From Octopus vulgaris (lineage: Eukaryota), in assembly GCA_951406725.2 (NCBI GenBank), contig OX597817.1, positions 74,152,001-74,216,000 of the forward strand: a DNA stretch of 64,000 bases, in the 5' to 3' direction. The notes beneath the pieces are model-generated. The model was not told the origin of the DNA. It did no database searches and saw only the letters and a list, made by a program, of their open reading frames with translations. Shown piece after piece: positions 1 to 14,016 of the stretch. The first letter of the stretch is position 1; every line of letters starts with the position of its first letter. The position numbers and the translations under genes are program-made.

Positions 1-489
1 ATGATATGGCCCTAGATAAAATGTCTTACAGTATTTACTTACGTTTTATAAGGCTCCAAGTTCAAATCCGTCGAGGGCTATTTAGCTGTTTATACTTTCT
101 GGATCACTAAAATAATTTACTGTCCGAGTGTTGAATAAATTTACTCGTCTGTGCCCTTTCTTTTGTAAATTTGTAGCATATACCATTGACCGTCGTCTAC
201 GGATTCGATAAAATAAATACTTGTCTTGTAGTTGGACGATTTGATTGACTGTATTTGTTTCCAATAACCGTGACCGTTCATGCCACTGTTCGGAATTAGA
301 TCTCAATGTTACCTTATTTGGTGGCATTAAGACACTTTTTTTCAAATAAATCTCTCAAAAAGTCACCCCAGGTCCTATATGCGAAATTGGGCCTATATGA
401 ATGACATGCTATGCACTAGCAACTTTTCCTTCCGTACATGTTGAAATTCGGGTGTGTTTAATATACCCATGCATCTCTTATGGCCACCA

Positions 490-730
490 ATTACGGTGTA
501 TTCCTGTCGCGGTGGACTCTTCTTTCTAGTTTTAGAGCTTGATGAAACAATCAAGAACCATTTTTTATACACCAATATATCCGGATTATTGTCTTTATCT
601 TTGGTTTTATAGTCACAACACATCGGATTTTGTACCCTTTGACCTTCTTCAGGTACCTGTCGTATATAGGAACGTTCTTGGATAACGCCTTCTGTTGTCC
701 TAACATAGGCATGGACACTATACAAGAACC
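490..730 (-). mobile_element. Probable Penelope-like retroelement terminal remnant
   Basis: The minus strand reads GGTACCTGAAGAAGGTCAAAGGGTACAAAATCCGATGTGTTGTGAC, resembling the hammerhead-containing termini of Penelope-like elements; it is degenerate. Confidence 0.4.
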
Positions 731-1282
731 TTTATGAACGAATATTAAACATCAGACCGTAAAAGAGATATATTTAAAGCTTCTATTTTCAGTCACCTAA
801 TTTCTCTGTGGCACAATGGCATAATGATTTGTCTGTGACGCGTACGTAGAATTAATAGTTCGGCAATAATTAATATAAAAACGGACAACAAAGCGAGGAC
901 TATCAACCACATAGATGGAGTGAAGATTTCGGCTTGGAATGGCGAGAAATTCTCGAATGCGACTGATGTTTGAAGAAAGCTGGATAGTACAGTTGCCGAA
1001 GAGTTGTAGCAACAGCAGCCAAGCTGAGGGCCCTAGCACCAATATATTAGTGTATAAAAATAATTTCTCATTTAAGAAATTTAGACAAAAATTAAAGAAT
1101 AGTCGTGTTCTGAGGCTGATTCAATCGACTATTCACTCTCCGAAACAATTTATAAATCAACATTATGTATTTTTCACACCTAAAGCCAGCGGCGTGGCAG
1201 AAGTTGTACAATGCCATAATAAATGACTTATGGTATTTTCTTTCGCTCTCTATATAGAACATTATTTATTATCTCTAGTTCC

Positions 1283-1510
1283 AGGACTCATTGGTCCGGT
1301 TGCCCGGCTCCATGGTATATAAGTGATCTAGATCACATTCCTCTGAACGGGACATCAGTCTGTCGCAAGGTTACTCATTTACAGCTGAGTGGACTGGAGC
1401 AAGGAGAAATGAAGTGTTTTTCTCAAGAACACAACGCACCACTCGGTCCGGAATCGAAATTACGATCTTGCGACCGTGAGTGTAACAACCTAACTACTAG
1501 GCTACGCACT
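1283..1510 (-). mobile_element. tRNA-derived SINE, family B (CORE-like; resembles octopus OR-type SINEs)
   Basis: Reverse-complement homolog of 35226-35470 (TAGTTAGGTTG head, TTCGATTCC B-box, TGTGTTCTTGAGAAAAACACTTCATTTC, GCTCCAGTCCACTCAGCTG). Confidence 0.75.
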
Positions 1511-1514
1511 TTCA

Positions 1515-1940
1515 CTGGCCTTATATTCTGACTTCAAATCTTGGGTGACACTTTCAGTTGCATACTGTGCTCACATTTGAAATGGTGCTACTACTGCTGC
1601 TGGCAGAAGACATCCTAGATGGCATCCAAAGAAAGCCCAGCTGATTGATTAGCACGAAGCCATTCACCAACACACTTCAACGTCTGGTCCCTACACGGAC
1701 TATCTCCTCTTCCCGCCTATTCAACCGCAACTACAACAGCCTCTACTCTCAGGAACCGGCAGGTCTTCCCACCTCCACTCGGGCACTTCCTGACTCCCTC
1801 ATCTCTCCTCTTACCATCACCCTTGTATCTTCGTACTAACCACCACATCTTGTCCGTCCAGTCCGTTTTCCTTAGAACTCCCTCTCTCTGGAATTTCCAC
1901 TCTGCACATATCTTCCCTGCAGTCAACGATGTGTAAGAGG
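1515..1940 (+). mobile_element. Decayed CR1/L2-group LINE ORF2 C-terminal remnant
   Basis: Across stops and frameshifts it reads YCAHI*NGA, ILDGIQRK, TNTLQRLVP, LFNRNYNSLYSQE, FLRTPSLWN and HIFPA. This matches the post-RT pattern EYCSHIW..LD.IQ.KA..LQ.L..RR..LFYRY..FFPRT..LWN.LP..FP. Confidence 0.65.
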
Positions 1941-2529
1941 CATCAGTTTCACCAGTCTTGGAGAGCCTACGAAGGTCGTGGACACTGCTCTTTCTTCCAA
2001 GCAAACCTTGCTTTTAAAAATATCATTTTACCTCTCTGGGGAAAGATAACATAAAATATACACCAGTAATTTACTGTAGGAAAATTCGATTCCATTAACA
2101 TTACTATATATTTCTGCACTTGTTCCAGTATTAAAAACTCAATAGCGCTGTGGATTGGCAAAATCTTTAAAGACCAACTTTATATATTTTCATCCCACCG
2201 GGGTCGATAAATTAAGATACCAGTTAACAATTGGGGGAATGGAGAGAAATCACTTGTAGTTTCTACGAAATTGTGTGGAATTGTGGCAATCGATAGAAGA
2301 AATAAAAAGCAACATTATCTATACTAAGAACAACAAAAACAACATCAACTATATTGGAAAAGCTAGTTCGGGGTGAAAACCCCCCAAACAAATATACTGG
2401 TAGATCATTTGTCAAAAGTGTATCGAAATTACATAGCAACAGCAGCAGCAGTAGTAGTTATTAATAATATACAGCAATAATAGTCCTCGGAGAGCGATAG
2501 CATATACAAACGATCGCAGAATCTGTTAT

Positions 2530-3480
2530 CATTACCACCACCACCACCGCCGCCGCTGCTACTTTATTGTTATCGCTCTTAAACTATTATACCATCGTCA
2601 ATAAACCATGATCATTGCTCCCTACTATCATCACCATCTATCTGCGTAACCTCTAACCCTAACTTTCAATACTACCTTTCCGAAACCTGAATTGCAGTCA
2701 CCAACGCCGCCAGCACTTCCACCGCCGCCACCACTAATATTGTCGTCGTCGTCATCATCACCAACCCTGGCAACTACCACCTTCTAACAATCATTATCAC
2801 TGCCGCCGCCGCCGCCTCACGACCTACCATAATCACCTGCAAAAACAAAACAACACCATCGTCAGTACTATCATGACCAACTTTTCTAACTGCCGCCTCT
2901 AACCATTGTTACCACTACCACCGCCGCCGCCAAGGCGGCGACGACGACGACCACCACCACCACCGTTGTTATCACGACCAGCTCTACTAATTACCGAACA
3001 CAATATCATCAATCCACATCACATGACCACCTCCACCAACTTCTTCCACCATCATCTGTGTCCTCCACAACCACCACCACCACCATTCATATCTTTACCA
3101 CTACGACCTCGGCGACAATAATCACCACCACCACCAGCAGCATTGCCATCACAGCACACCAGTGTCATCTTACTACAGCTACCCCACAAATTACTACTAC
3201 TACTACAACCATCACCACCACTACTACCACCTCTAACCAGCATCGTCATCATCACCATCTCCACCATCCTCTTTACCTCCCCCATCATCTCCATTGCAAA
3301 CAACTGCCAGCACTACTACTACTACTACTGTTACTACCACCACCACCACCGCCGCCTTCAAACTTCACCATCACTGTTACCATTGCTTCCGAACATCATT
3401 ACAGTCATCATCATCATCATAACCACAACCACCACTAACTAGCATCATCACAAGCCAACCATTCTTCGAACCATCACCAC
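2530..3480. repeat. Degenerate (CAC/CAT/TAC/CCG)n trinucleotide low-complexity tract
   Basis: Directly visible; it produces the spurious poly-T/H/P ORFs in the track. Confidence 0.9.
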
Positions 3481-3664
3481 AAAGTAGTAATTAACGACGT
3501 TGATGAGAAAGGGATTATTAAAGTCAATAGAAGACTAATGATTGATGCTAGAAAAGATGAAAAAAAAAATTATGTTGAAAAATGATACGAAAAGGTTGAA
3601 AACAAAGTTGGTAATTAGTACTAGTGTAAGATGGAGCATGATGAAACAGTAGCTAATTCTTTCT

Positions 3665-3895
3665 CAGATCACTCATTTACAGTATTGGAAAAAGAAGTGC
3701 ACTACGCTCATAATTGCTGAAGCATGGAATAAACTACCCGCATCAGTTGTTAGCTGTCGAGACACTACATCCTTCAAAACTTCAATACTTTAACTGAAAT
3801 CCGCCTACTGTATACCTGATAGCTTTTTATGTTGTTTTGTTATTTTCTTAGTTGTAGTGCACCTGAGCACTGTATGCAACAATTTATTTTATATT
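3665..3895 (+). mobile_element. CR1-like LINE 3' end remnant
   Basis: Encodes IAEAWNKLPASVVSCRDTTSFKTS (CR1 C-terminal WN.LP..VV..SFK motif), then a 3' UTR ending TTGTAGTGCACCTGAGCACTGTA plus an AT-rich tail. Confidence 0.7.
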
Positions 3896-6034
3896 AATGT
3901 AATCACGCTTACACATATGCACATACATAAGATAAATCTCTGTCAGTTTCTACGATGAATATTCAATTGTTCGATCAACTGAACTACCTTCTCAAGTGAC
4001 TGAGACACTTGAACTCTTAACGTTATTCTCAAGCAGTGTCAGTATGACAGTGTGACAAAAAAATGGACCTTTTCATTACTGGTTAAAATCCAGTCATCTG
4101 ACGGACTTCTCCGCTGTTTCGTTTACCCAATTTCACGCAACTGGATCGAACGCCGAACGTCGTAATTGCGAAACGAACGTCTTCAATTATTCGACTAGAA
4201 ACGTCTCTCGCTGGGTGGATCACATGAGGGAGCTTCTATGTTAGAATTCTATAGATGACTTAGGGATAGAAATTTTGGCTCATCTAGAAGTTTCTATCTT
4301 TCTCTGTGAGACCTCGCAGTGGTAGTAGTGAAAAGATTGCTGGGTGTCACAATGTGAACGCTTCCTTTCTTCGACCCTTTATCTCACTGACTAGGAACGA
4401 AGAAACGGTTCTAATACTTCACTGGTAGTATTTTATTTATCGACACCGAACGGACGAAACCCTATGTTAAACTCGCCCCTCTTTCATTCCCTCCTGACTG
4501 TCTTTATCCCCCTTATACTCAATCCTTTGTACCTTGAGAATACGCTCGGACACCCTGTCGCTATCATCTTTCTCTCCTTTTAGTTACTCTCTCCCGCTCT
4601 CATATTATGTGGACTAGCCACGTGGCTCCTCTATAGCAAGAGATTTGTGCTTATTCCTCTATCATATTGTAGCCTTCAACACCTGGCATAAGGGCACCTA
4701 TCTCTCTCTCTCTCTCTCAAATACATCTCTACTCAGTTGAAAGGTTTTTTTTTCTTTCTTTACTTGGTCTCGTAGGTTACTTTAGTGGCTTCACTACTGC
4801 CGGTGCCATGAAAAAAGCACGCATAGACTCTATAACGTGGTTGGCGTTTGCAAGGATATCCAACCGTAGAAACCATGCTAAAGCTGACTTTGGGTCCTGA
4901 CGAAGCTTTTGTGTCACATTGAGTCTCCCTGAGAGCTACGTTAAGGGTACGCATAGCTGTGGAGTGCTCTGTCACTTGCACGTTAATTTGATGTAACCGA
5001 CAGAGTACTAGTATTGAATTACCCACCTCTGTCCGACCTTTCAGTGTACGTTAAGTGTACCCTTAACGTAGCTTCATCCCAGTCCGTATCAGGGTGAGAC
5101 TGGCCATACTGTTATTAACCTCGCCTCAGTTCCTATCCGCCTGGAGTTCTGCACCGAATCAGATTCCAAAGCAACTTAATGGATCCGTCGGTTGAAGGCC
5201 CCGACAAAGGATGGTGTGAACCTGCCTGTGCAAATGCAGAGTTGCTTTTGGGAAGGGATAGATTACGTTGTAAAGGAATACCACCGTCGTCTCCACTTTC
5301 ATCATCATCAGTATCGTCAACATCATCGCCATTGTCATTATAACATCACAGTCATCACAACACATTTGATATTATCACTGCTCCTGTCACCACTTTGTCA
5401 TCATCATCGTAATCATTTATCTTCATCACCATCACCGCTATCCTTAATAATCCTGCCCACCACCATTCATCATCATCATCATCGCCATCTCCACATTACA
5501 CATTGTCGCAATCATTACCACCATTAACATACACTGGCTATCATTGCAATTGATATAAGCATATATCAACACCATTATTATTATTTTGTTACAATAGTCG
5601 GTAGCACCACCACCACCACCACCACCACCGCTGTCTACCACCGCTTTCTACAATCATGCTTGTCATTAGTTTCATTTTCCCTTTATTTTGAATAGATTTC
5701 CACCGAGCTAGAGGATCGGTTGACTAGTATTTATATTTTGTACTTGTGTTAGATTATGTTTTCATTACCACCCACTATCATCGTTGCTTTAAACAGCGGC
5801 AAGATATATGCAAAACAAGAAACAAGCGGTGAGAAAGAAAAGGAAAGAAAGAAAGAAAGATAAAGTGGGAGGGAGGAGAAGAAGAGAAAGAAGTGAATAT
5901 CGTTGGTCTTAAGGATCAAATGACAGGAATCGACTGCAGACAAAACAAGCTGTGGTTGTCGAGAAGACGAGAGGGAAGGAGTGGGAAGTCGTCACAAGGA
6001 AAATAGTGTTTGTGTGTGTATAAATCTTTTAGGT

Positions 6035-6400
6035 TTTATTTGTTGCTGTCATTGGATTGTGGCCATGCTGGGGCATTGGCTTTTTAGGGTTTAGTCGAAC
6101 AAATCGATTCTATTACTTCTTTCTTGAGTTTGGTATTTATCTTGTCTCTGTTGCCGAACCGTTACCTTCTAAACACGTAAATAAACTAACACCGGTTTGG
6201 TGGTGGGGTTACATAGGCACATACACAAAGTCACACACACACATACACACTCGCACGTGCACACAGCTTCCACACAGTTTCCGTCTACCAAATTCATTCA
6301 CATGGTATTATAGGTCGGCCTCGGAGTTACTGTAGAAGATACTTGCCCAAGGTGTCGCGCAGTGGAACCGAACTCGAAACAACGAAGTTGCAATGGAAGT
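6035..6400 (-). mobile_element. tRNA-derived SINE, family A (CORE-like box, internal CA/TA microsatellite)
   Basis: Reverse-complement homolog of 13362-13737 (GAAGATACTTGCCCAAGGTG, GCCGAACCG, GGCCATGCTGGG). Confidence 0.8.
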
Positions 6401-7449
6401 GCAAAATCATCAGTCTTCGGACCAATGAATATATTATAAAATCCTGTCACATGTCATGCGTACTTTTTCTCCGATTATACAAACATATGTGCGCGCGCGA
6501 GTTCTTGTGCGTTATTGTTTTCAATTACTGTTTTGCGCCCATACTGAGACAGTCTTCAAGTATTTATTTTGTATCACCGCATGTGAATAACAACGTTTGT
6601 TAGTTGGTTACAGATTTTCCAACGCCCAAATCACCAGGTTTACTACACGTGTGTACGTGTGTGTGTGTGTGTTTTACTGCTTTCAATCATTCACTGTCCT
6701 GCAGCCATGCTGAGGGCAGGAGTATATTTATTTATTTATTTTACATCGCTCTTTGTCAACAAAAACGTCGTTTTGCTTAGAAATTTCTTATGCGCAAACT
6801 CATTTGTTGATTACATTTCTGACGGCGAATTCGACTTTAAAAGTGTCTATCTTGCATCATTATCCTTAGACATTGCTCGTACGTGGTTTCAAGTTCAGTT
6901 CCACTGCGTGACATACGGCAAGTGTCTTCTACTGTAGCCACAGGGCGGCCAATTTTTCGTGAGTGAATTTATTGGACGGAAACAGTGAAAACCCGTCGTA
7001 TATTAATGGAAGTGGCCGTTGCATCATCTGCATCGCGGAGAGAGCCAAATTCCTTAAGGACTATAAGAAACCTGGCGCATTAAACAGCCATAAAGAAGTG
7101 TTTTGTAAATGTATCCACTTCAAGCGCTACTTACTAGAAAATTGGATTTCCCCGTTTGCTAGTTAGGCGTCTTCAGCTCTACGAGGGGGTTTTTTCCCCT
7201 CTGATTCAGGGAGATAACCCGTCTTCATTAAGGTTTTTTTTTTTTTGTTAAGATGTATTCCTCGAGTTTACATTTTGTATTTATATAGTGTGACGAGCTG
7301 TCCACAAGGCTTTGCTTTATGGATGCGAAACTTTGGGTAACTCTATGTCCAAGATATAAAATTCTTGTTGTAATATAATATATATATGTATGTGTGTGTG
7401 TTTGTGTGTGTGCGCGCGCACTTGCAGTGACCGTCAAATTGTGACACGC

Positions 7450-7945
7450 TTTCTCTTTTCCTCCCCTCTTCTCATCTAAGATTTCGGTAGATGAGCATAT
7501 GTTCGAAACGCTAAGAACTTCCAATTTCCCTGAATGTCAACCTAATATATAACATTTTTTTTATGACGCGTTTTCGATTTTTTCTTTTCTTTTTTTTTAC
7601 CACACACACACACACGTGTTTATATATGTTGCGGGTGTATGTGTGTGTGTGTAGGGTGTTTTTATATCCTCACTACTCAGCAGCCGGTGTTGATATGCTT
7701 ACGTTTCGTAATACAGCAATTCGTCAAAGGAGACGGATAGAATAAGCTATTCAAATGTACGGAAAACAAAAGACGAAAACAGTTGAGGGAACAACAAGCA
7801 AGTGTGTTAGTTTGACGCTCGGGAAGAATGGAAAAAAATCTTTGACGTTTCGAGCTTATGCTCTTTCGATAGAAAAGGATGAGAGGAAGAAAGTAAAAGG
7901 AGACTGAAGAACAAAACGTACAGAGGAAAAACAAATAGAACAAAT
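7450..7945. mobile_element. Inverted pair of probable Penelope-like termini around a family A SINE fragment
   Basis: 7450-7560 (+) is homologous to about 7780-7900 (-). Both carry a GAGC-loop-GYTC-GAAACG hairpin followed by a TTCCC-GA-GTCAA-CTAA segment. Confidence 0.5.
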
Positions 7946-8504
7946 ACCAGATTTAAAGAAATCTATACTGGGATCGATTTGTTCGACCAAAGACTTCGAA
8001 GTGGTGCCCAGCTCGGCTGCATTACATTGACTCAAGCAAGATACTTTGACTGTATCAAAAGGTCTCCATCGGTCAGCATTCACCAATTTATTATTATCTG
8101 AATAAGTTAACTTTCTAGGGCGGAGGCATTGGCAAGTTTTATCGGATTTCTTTTTAAAACAAATAGTTTTCCGTGTTGCTAACATTTATTTCCTCTCCAT
8201 CTTCTCTGCATCGCAGTTGTTGTTCAAAGGAAAGTTTTATTTTTTTTGGTTATTTGTTTACGACATCTTGGTTTCTCAAGCGGTCACTCAATTATCGACT
8301 AATTAGGCTCAATGTTGTTAAACTTCTGTAATCGGATAAGATGTAGTGTTGGTTGTCAAGGTGATACGACTTTATCGATATCCGGCGCTATACGAATGTA
8401 TGTTCGTATCTTTTACTGGTGCACTGCAAAAGATGTAAACTTACTTGCAGACACACATACTTGTCTGTCTGTTTGTCTGATGTGTGTGTGTGTGTGTGTG
8501 TCTT

Positions 8505-8880
8505 TTATCTATTAATTGTTTCAGTCATTAGACTGCGGCCATACTGGGGCATCACCTCGAAGGTTTTAGTCGAACGAATCGGCTCTGGTACTTATCTTTT
8601 TTTAAAGTCTGGTACTTATTGTATCGGTTTTTTGCCTAACTGCTAGATAACACGGACGTAAACAGACCAACACCGCTTGTCCAGCAGTAGTGGGAAACAC
8701 AAAGACACACACACACATATATACATACAAAAGACACATACACACAAAACACACACACACACACAGGCATTATTCGGCTCTAGGTTATAGTTGAAGGCAC
8801 TTGCCTGAGGTGCTGCGCTTTGAAAGTGAATCCGAAGCCACGTGGTTACAAAGTCAGCTTCTTAATCATATAGCCACACA
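8505..8880 (-). mobile_element. SINE family A copy
   Basis: Homologous to 13362-13737 on the minus strand. Confidence 0.8.
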
Positions 8881-11800
8881 TGCATATACCATGTATGTGT
8901 GTGTGTGTGTGTGTGTACGTACATACATAGATATATACATATATTATACACACGCACACACATGCATATACATACACAGAAGCGCGCATACTTGACGAGC
9001 ATTTGTTGTTTCTAATCTACTAAATTGTGCTGCCAAGGTATTTGGTCAGCCTGAAACCTTGATGGAAGTCATTCGTGTCCAAGGTGCCGCAAAGTGGGAT
9101 CAAATCTGCAACAATGTCGTTGCAATATGAACTTCTTAACTACAGTCGCCTGAAGTCGGGAATGAAAAGAACGAGATACTTAGGTATAATAACCATGCTC
9201 GTCGCTACAGTTGCCAACGAGGAAACCTCATTGTAAATCAGTTTGTTAGAAACAGCCGCTAAATTTCCCTTAAACCACACCCAATTGTCTGCCAATAGGA
9301 AGGAAACTATTATTCAGTATCTGAAGGCTGAAAAAAAATATCTGGATTTATAGCTTTGATCCTATTATTCGCACTATGAGGGGCGACCTGGATGCTAAAC
9401 TACAACAGCAACAGTTACAACAACAATATGAATTACTATGCTTGCAGGTGATTCCTTTTGATTTACACTTCACTTAAAGAAACTGTAAGATATAGAATAG
9501 TAGAGGATGATACGAAGAGCGTTTCTATTCCCTTCTTCCGTCTATTCTTCCTCAACCTAACCTCAACCAGCCAGTCAACCAACAGACCGACCATCTGACT
9601 TCAGACTCCCTTCATTCGTATTGATAGTTTTTTGTTGTTTTTCTTGGGAGGTATGAATGATCTAAATAGGATAAGATCTGTTTCTAGCACGGCACCAAAG
9701 ACCGAAAACTTTTCACACACACACGCCGGCGCGACGCACACATACACACGAGACAGAATGAGAGAAAGAGTAACCCCAAGACAGGGTTAGTATTGATGAT
9801 GGGTGTTGGTAAAAAATTGCGAAGAGGAATGGAGCAATTTACCCAGAAAAAAAAAACAAAAACACCATTAGTGCGTGTATAACACTTATAGTTAAAGAAA
9901 TAGATAACTATACGAAATATATTAATAATCAATAAATATTCAAGCGCGCGCACACACACGCACACACACACAAAAGTTAAATTAGAAACGAAAGAATACA
10001 TTTTTTAATTAATGAACATTAAAAGAAGGCAGACTAAACAGGCTGGTGGTCTTACTTGGTTGGTCGGTTCTTTGGTTGATAAGGAAAGTAACTCTTGTAA
10101 ATCTATGATTTGATACCATCAAGTGTTAAAACGTATATCTCAACTAACAGCCTTCAATCGGCGAGGAGAGGGCCTTTACGTATGTGATCATTCTTTCTGC
10201 TAGAAATAACTAACAAATCCGTCCTAAAATTCCGTTTATCAAGTAAAGAATGCCGCCTATGATCATAGGTTTGGCTCGATCAAATTTGATTTAGGGCCAA
10301 ACGACAATGACAATAACAAGGCACTGGGGGATCATTTTGTGTCTGTCGTTGAACCTGCAAGAAAAAAGAAAACAAGTATTAGAGAAACACAAAACTGATT
10401 GACGTTCATACCTTTCTCAAGAAAACCGTCTCTGGTTCTTTGAAAAAGAAAAACGTCTCTACGAAGTTGTCTGACATACTGTAACCGATAACCAAATTCA
10501 CTCAAATTACACATTTTTTAAAATAAGGAAGGATACGTTGGGCAGTATTGTCCTGGAGCACTAGTTCTTAGGGGAGAGTTCTATAACGCCTCTTATGAGA
10601 TGATTAACAGCTATGAATGTATTGGTAAATAGCAATATAATAATTTTTATCACCTGTGCTATTGCATAAGTGTTGAGTAAAAGTTGGGGTCGGTATTATG
10701 TATCCAAGTATATCAGGTCAGTGTTCAGCAAAAATAGTTAGGAAACAACTGTCCTAGATACACCTAAAAACAGGATGGTCACAACTGGAATGATTTTGTA
10801 AGCTAAAAACATTGACCTACAATACACACTCCGGTTAAGGTGTTTACATTTGAATTAAAACCTATCATAATAATATATAAAGAAATTTTTCTTAAGTTAA
10901 TGTTCTGAATACTAGATTTATCTGTCACATACATACATGAATATACATACACATATGTATATATATATTCATGTATTTACACCCATACATATAACCTTGT
11001 ACTAAACAATCTGATGATAAAGTAAAATTGACAGACTTCGTATTTTACATGTCAATACTTAAATTAAGATTGTCCATTGCTCCTTGTCTCAATTGTAATT
11101 AAGATACACTTAACTATATATGAAGGTTGACAAATGAATATCGTAATCGATAGATAAATAGATAGACAGTGTGTGTAAAAGAATAAGATAGAGTCAATGA
11201 GAGGTGATGGATGGACAAATAGTCTGAAAGAGCTTACCCTTTAAACTGGGTTTATACACCTACACACTGAGCGCTGTTTTCTTTCTATCACACAGATTCT
11301 TTCATTATACACCTACCTGCCTGCTTTTTTTCTCTGCCACTAAATTTTTTTTTTAATTCTAAAGCTTGTTTACACCATTTCTGTCTTCACAAACTCCATA
11401 TTTTCGGTATATACTCTGTTAGTACTGAGAGGAACGATGCCAGCGGGGGTACATCTGTTTGTTTCACCTTTTGGAAAGGTAACCAAATAACTTCAAATCA
11501 CTTTCTACCATCTTAAAATGGATAGAATTGTTCTTAATTGTTTTTTGGCAGACGAGCGACTAAAGAATGATAAAATACACGTAGATACACGTAAAAGTTG
11601 ATTTACTGTTATAATTCCGCACACAACTAGTATACCTTATAGTAATGTAAATTGACACCATTCCTTGTCACGTACTCTATATTATCCATACTCGAGCTCC
11701 AAAATAATAAAAGGCAAAGTTGACTTCGGCTGGGAAGGTTTTGTTTTATTCAGAGATTTTATCATGAGACTGCCACTATGATGTATAGCACCACCTTCAC

Positions 11801-12227
11801 GGATTTTAAGTCAGTTGTATCAACCTCAGTACTTCTTCCACTCTGGCACTATTTCGACGACCTCTGTTTATTAAATAGTTAAATTTCCATTTGACTTAAA
11901 GAGACAAAAATTCGATCACACACACGGAGTCTCCCTCCATTTCTCCTCTTTTTTCTTTTCTTTCTTTCTTTCTCTTTTATGTAAACACACACACTTCTGC
12001 ATTTTCGGTCAAGCAAATTCCATTCACTATATTTTTATTTCCTTATTTGCCACACGGGGCTAAACATAGAGGGGACAAACAAGGACAAAGAGATTAAGTC
12101 GATTACATGTGTTTGTTTGTTCCTCCACTGTCGCTTGACAACCGATGTTGGTATGTTTATGTCCCCGTAATTTACCGGTTCGCAAAAGCGACCGATACAA
12201 TAAGCCTAGTACTTATTGTATCGGTCG

Positions 12228-12263
<36 letters not shown>

Positions 12264-12448
12264 CGAGATATATATATATATATATAGCGAGAGATATGAC
12301 AGGTTTCTTTGTTTCCATCTACCAAATTCACTCACAAGGTCTTGGTCGGCCCGATGCTATAGCAGAAGACACTTGCCCAAGGTGCCTCGCAGTGGTACTG
12401 AACCCAGAATCATGTGGTTGGGAAACAAGGTTCTTACCAAACAGCCAC

Positions 12449-12499
<51 letters not shown>

Positions 12500-13361
12500 C
12501 ACATTTATATATGTTTTGCATAGTGGATTTAGGTATGTGTATGTATATATATATATATATATATGCGTATAGTGTATATATGTGTGTGGGTTCTCTTGTA
12601 TGAAAATGTGTGTGTCACATTTCTATACACTCTAAGCCATTACCATTGCTATGCAGGCCACTCTATTCAATTGGTCGTAGTATCGATGTGATTAATGCCA
12701 TGACAAATGGAATAAGTTATTAATATGTTGTTGTTGGCGTTCCTTCAAGCTAGACATGGTTTTTGACTCTGCAAATTCATATCATATCCACTATCTTTAT
12801 TCACACCCATCCAACCATATTATTATTATTATTATTGTTGTTGTTGTTGTTGTTTTTCGTTGATACCATCCGCAAGACCCCACGATTGCTGTTAGTCATG
12901 CTGTTTGTTGTTAACGCTTTCTTTCTATCGGCAGTAACTGAAGCTTGAAAGTAAAACACGAGGGACTTCGATGGATTTACAGAGTTTAAAAGCTTAGGGG
13001 AAAAAAATCAACAACAAAAACAAATTTTTTATGCCCAAATTAGTGAATGAAGCCTCTACCTGGGCGTATAACGTGCCAGAAATAACAACCAAATTTCATT
13101 CATTAAAAATATCTTACTCCACTAAAATGGGCATGTATGGTATATATTCCATATACTTATCTTTTGAATAGAAAAGAAAAAAAAGTGGAAAAGAAAAACT
13201 GGCGGTATGGTTAAGAAACTAAATTTGCTATAATATGGTTTCAGGTTCAGTCTCATAGTGTCGCACATTGGGCAGGTGTCTTCTGCTACAGTCTCGGACC
13301 GACCAACATTTTGTGAATGCATTTGGTTGACAAAAACTGCTTGGAAGCCTCTTATATATAT

Positions 13362-13737
13362 AGGAGTGGCTGTGTGGTAAGAAACTTGCTTCCCAAAAAC
13401 ACGGTTCCGAGGGCATGTGTTTTATACTATGTTTTATACTATAGCCTCGGACCGACCAAAGCCTTGTGAGTGGATGTGGTAGACGGAAATTGAAAGAAGC
13501 CCGTCGTATATATGTGTGGTATGTGTACTTGTATGTCTGTGTTTGTCTCCTCACCATCACATGACACCGATACTAGTGTGTTTACGTCTCCAATACATTA
13601 GTGGTTCGGTAAAAGAGACCGATAGAATAAGTACTATGCTTACAAAGAATAAGTCCTGGGGTCGATTTGCTCGACTAAAGGCGGTGCTCCAGCGTGGCCG
13701 CAGTCGAATGACTAAAACAAGTAAAGGAAAAAAAGAA
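13362..13737 (+). mobile_element. SINE family A, near full-length reference copy
   Basis: tRNA-like head GGAGTGGCTGTGTGGTAAGAAACTTGCTTCCCAA, body GACCAAAGCCTTGTGAGTGGA..GGTAGACGGAAA, tail GTGCTCCAGCGTGGCCGCAGTC..AAACAAGTAAA. Many other copies occur, e.g. near 12300-12450, 18770-19170, 33355-33710, 47860-48440, 54875-55035 and 61845-61990. Confidence 0.85.
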
Positions 13738-13800
13738 TATATATACATACATGCACACGTGTGTGTGTATTTATGGCTGTGTGTATTTATGGCTGTGTTT

Positions 13801-14016
13801 GAAACGTTAGCACGCCGGATGAAATGCTTAGCGGTATTTCGTCTGTCGTTACGTTGTGAGTTCAAATTCCGCCGAGGTTGACCTTGCCTTTCATCCTTTC
13901 GGGGTCGATAAATTAAGTACCAGTTCCGCACTGGGGTCGATGTAATCGACTTAATACCTATGTCTGTCCTTGTTTGTCCCCTCTATGTTTAGCCCCTTGT
14001 GGGTAATAAAGAAATA
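13801..14016 (+). mobile_element. tRNA-derived SINE, family D, with LINE-like tail
   Basis: B-box GAGTTCAAATTCC, body GCCTTTCATCCTTTCGGGGTCGATAAATTAAGTACCAG, tail TTTGTCCCCTCTATGTTTAGCCCCTTGTGGGTAATAAAGAAATA. Confidence 0.85.

Noticed and set aside
2652-2664. Telomere-like CTAACCCTAAC
   Set aside because: Only about two units, inside low-complexity sequence.
2906-3442. Poly-Pro/Thr/His ORFs (also near 5.2, 53-54.7 and 62.7-63.3 kb)
   Set aside because: They are translations of trinucleotide low-complexity tracts, open in several frames and on both strands, with no splice or domain evidence.
4933-5074. 17-bp inverted repeat AGCTACGTTAAGGGTAC / GTACCCTTAACGTAGCT
   Set aside because: It lies in what appears to be SINE-derived sequence and is most simply a small local inversion, with no other supporting structure.
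12107-12603. ORFs rich in YI, CV or HT dipeptides throughout the window
   Set aside because: They are artefacts of (TA)n and (CA)n microsatellites and SINE sequence.
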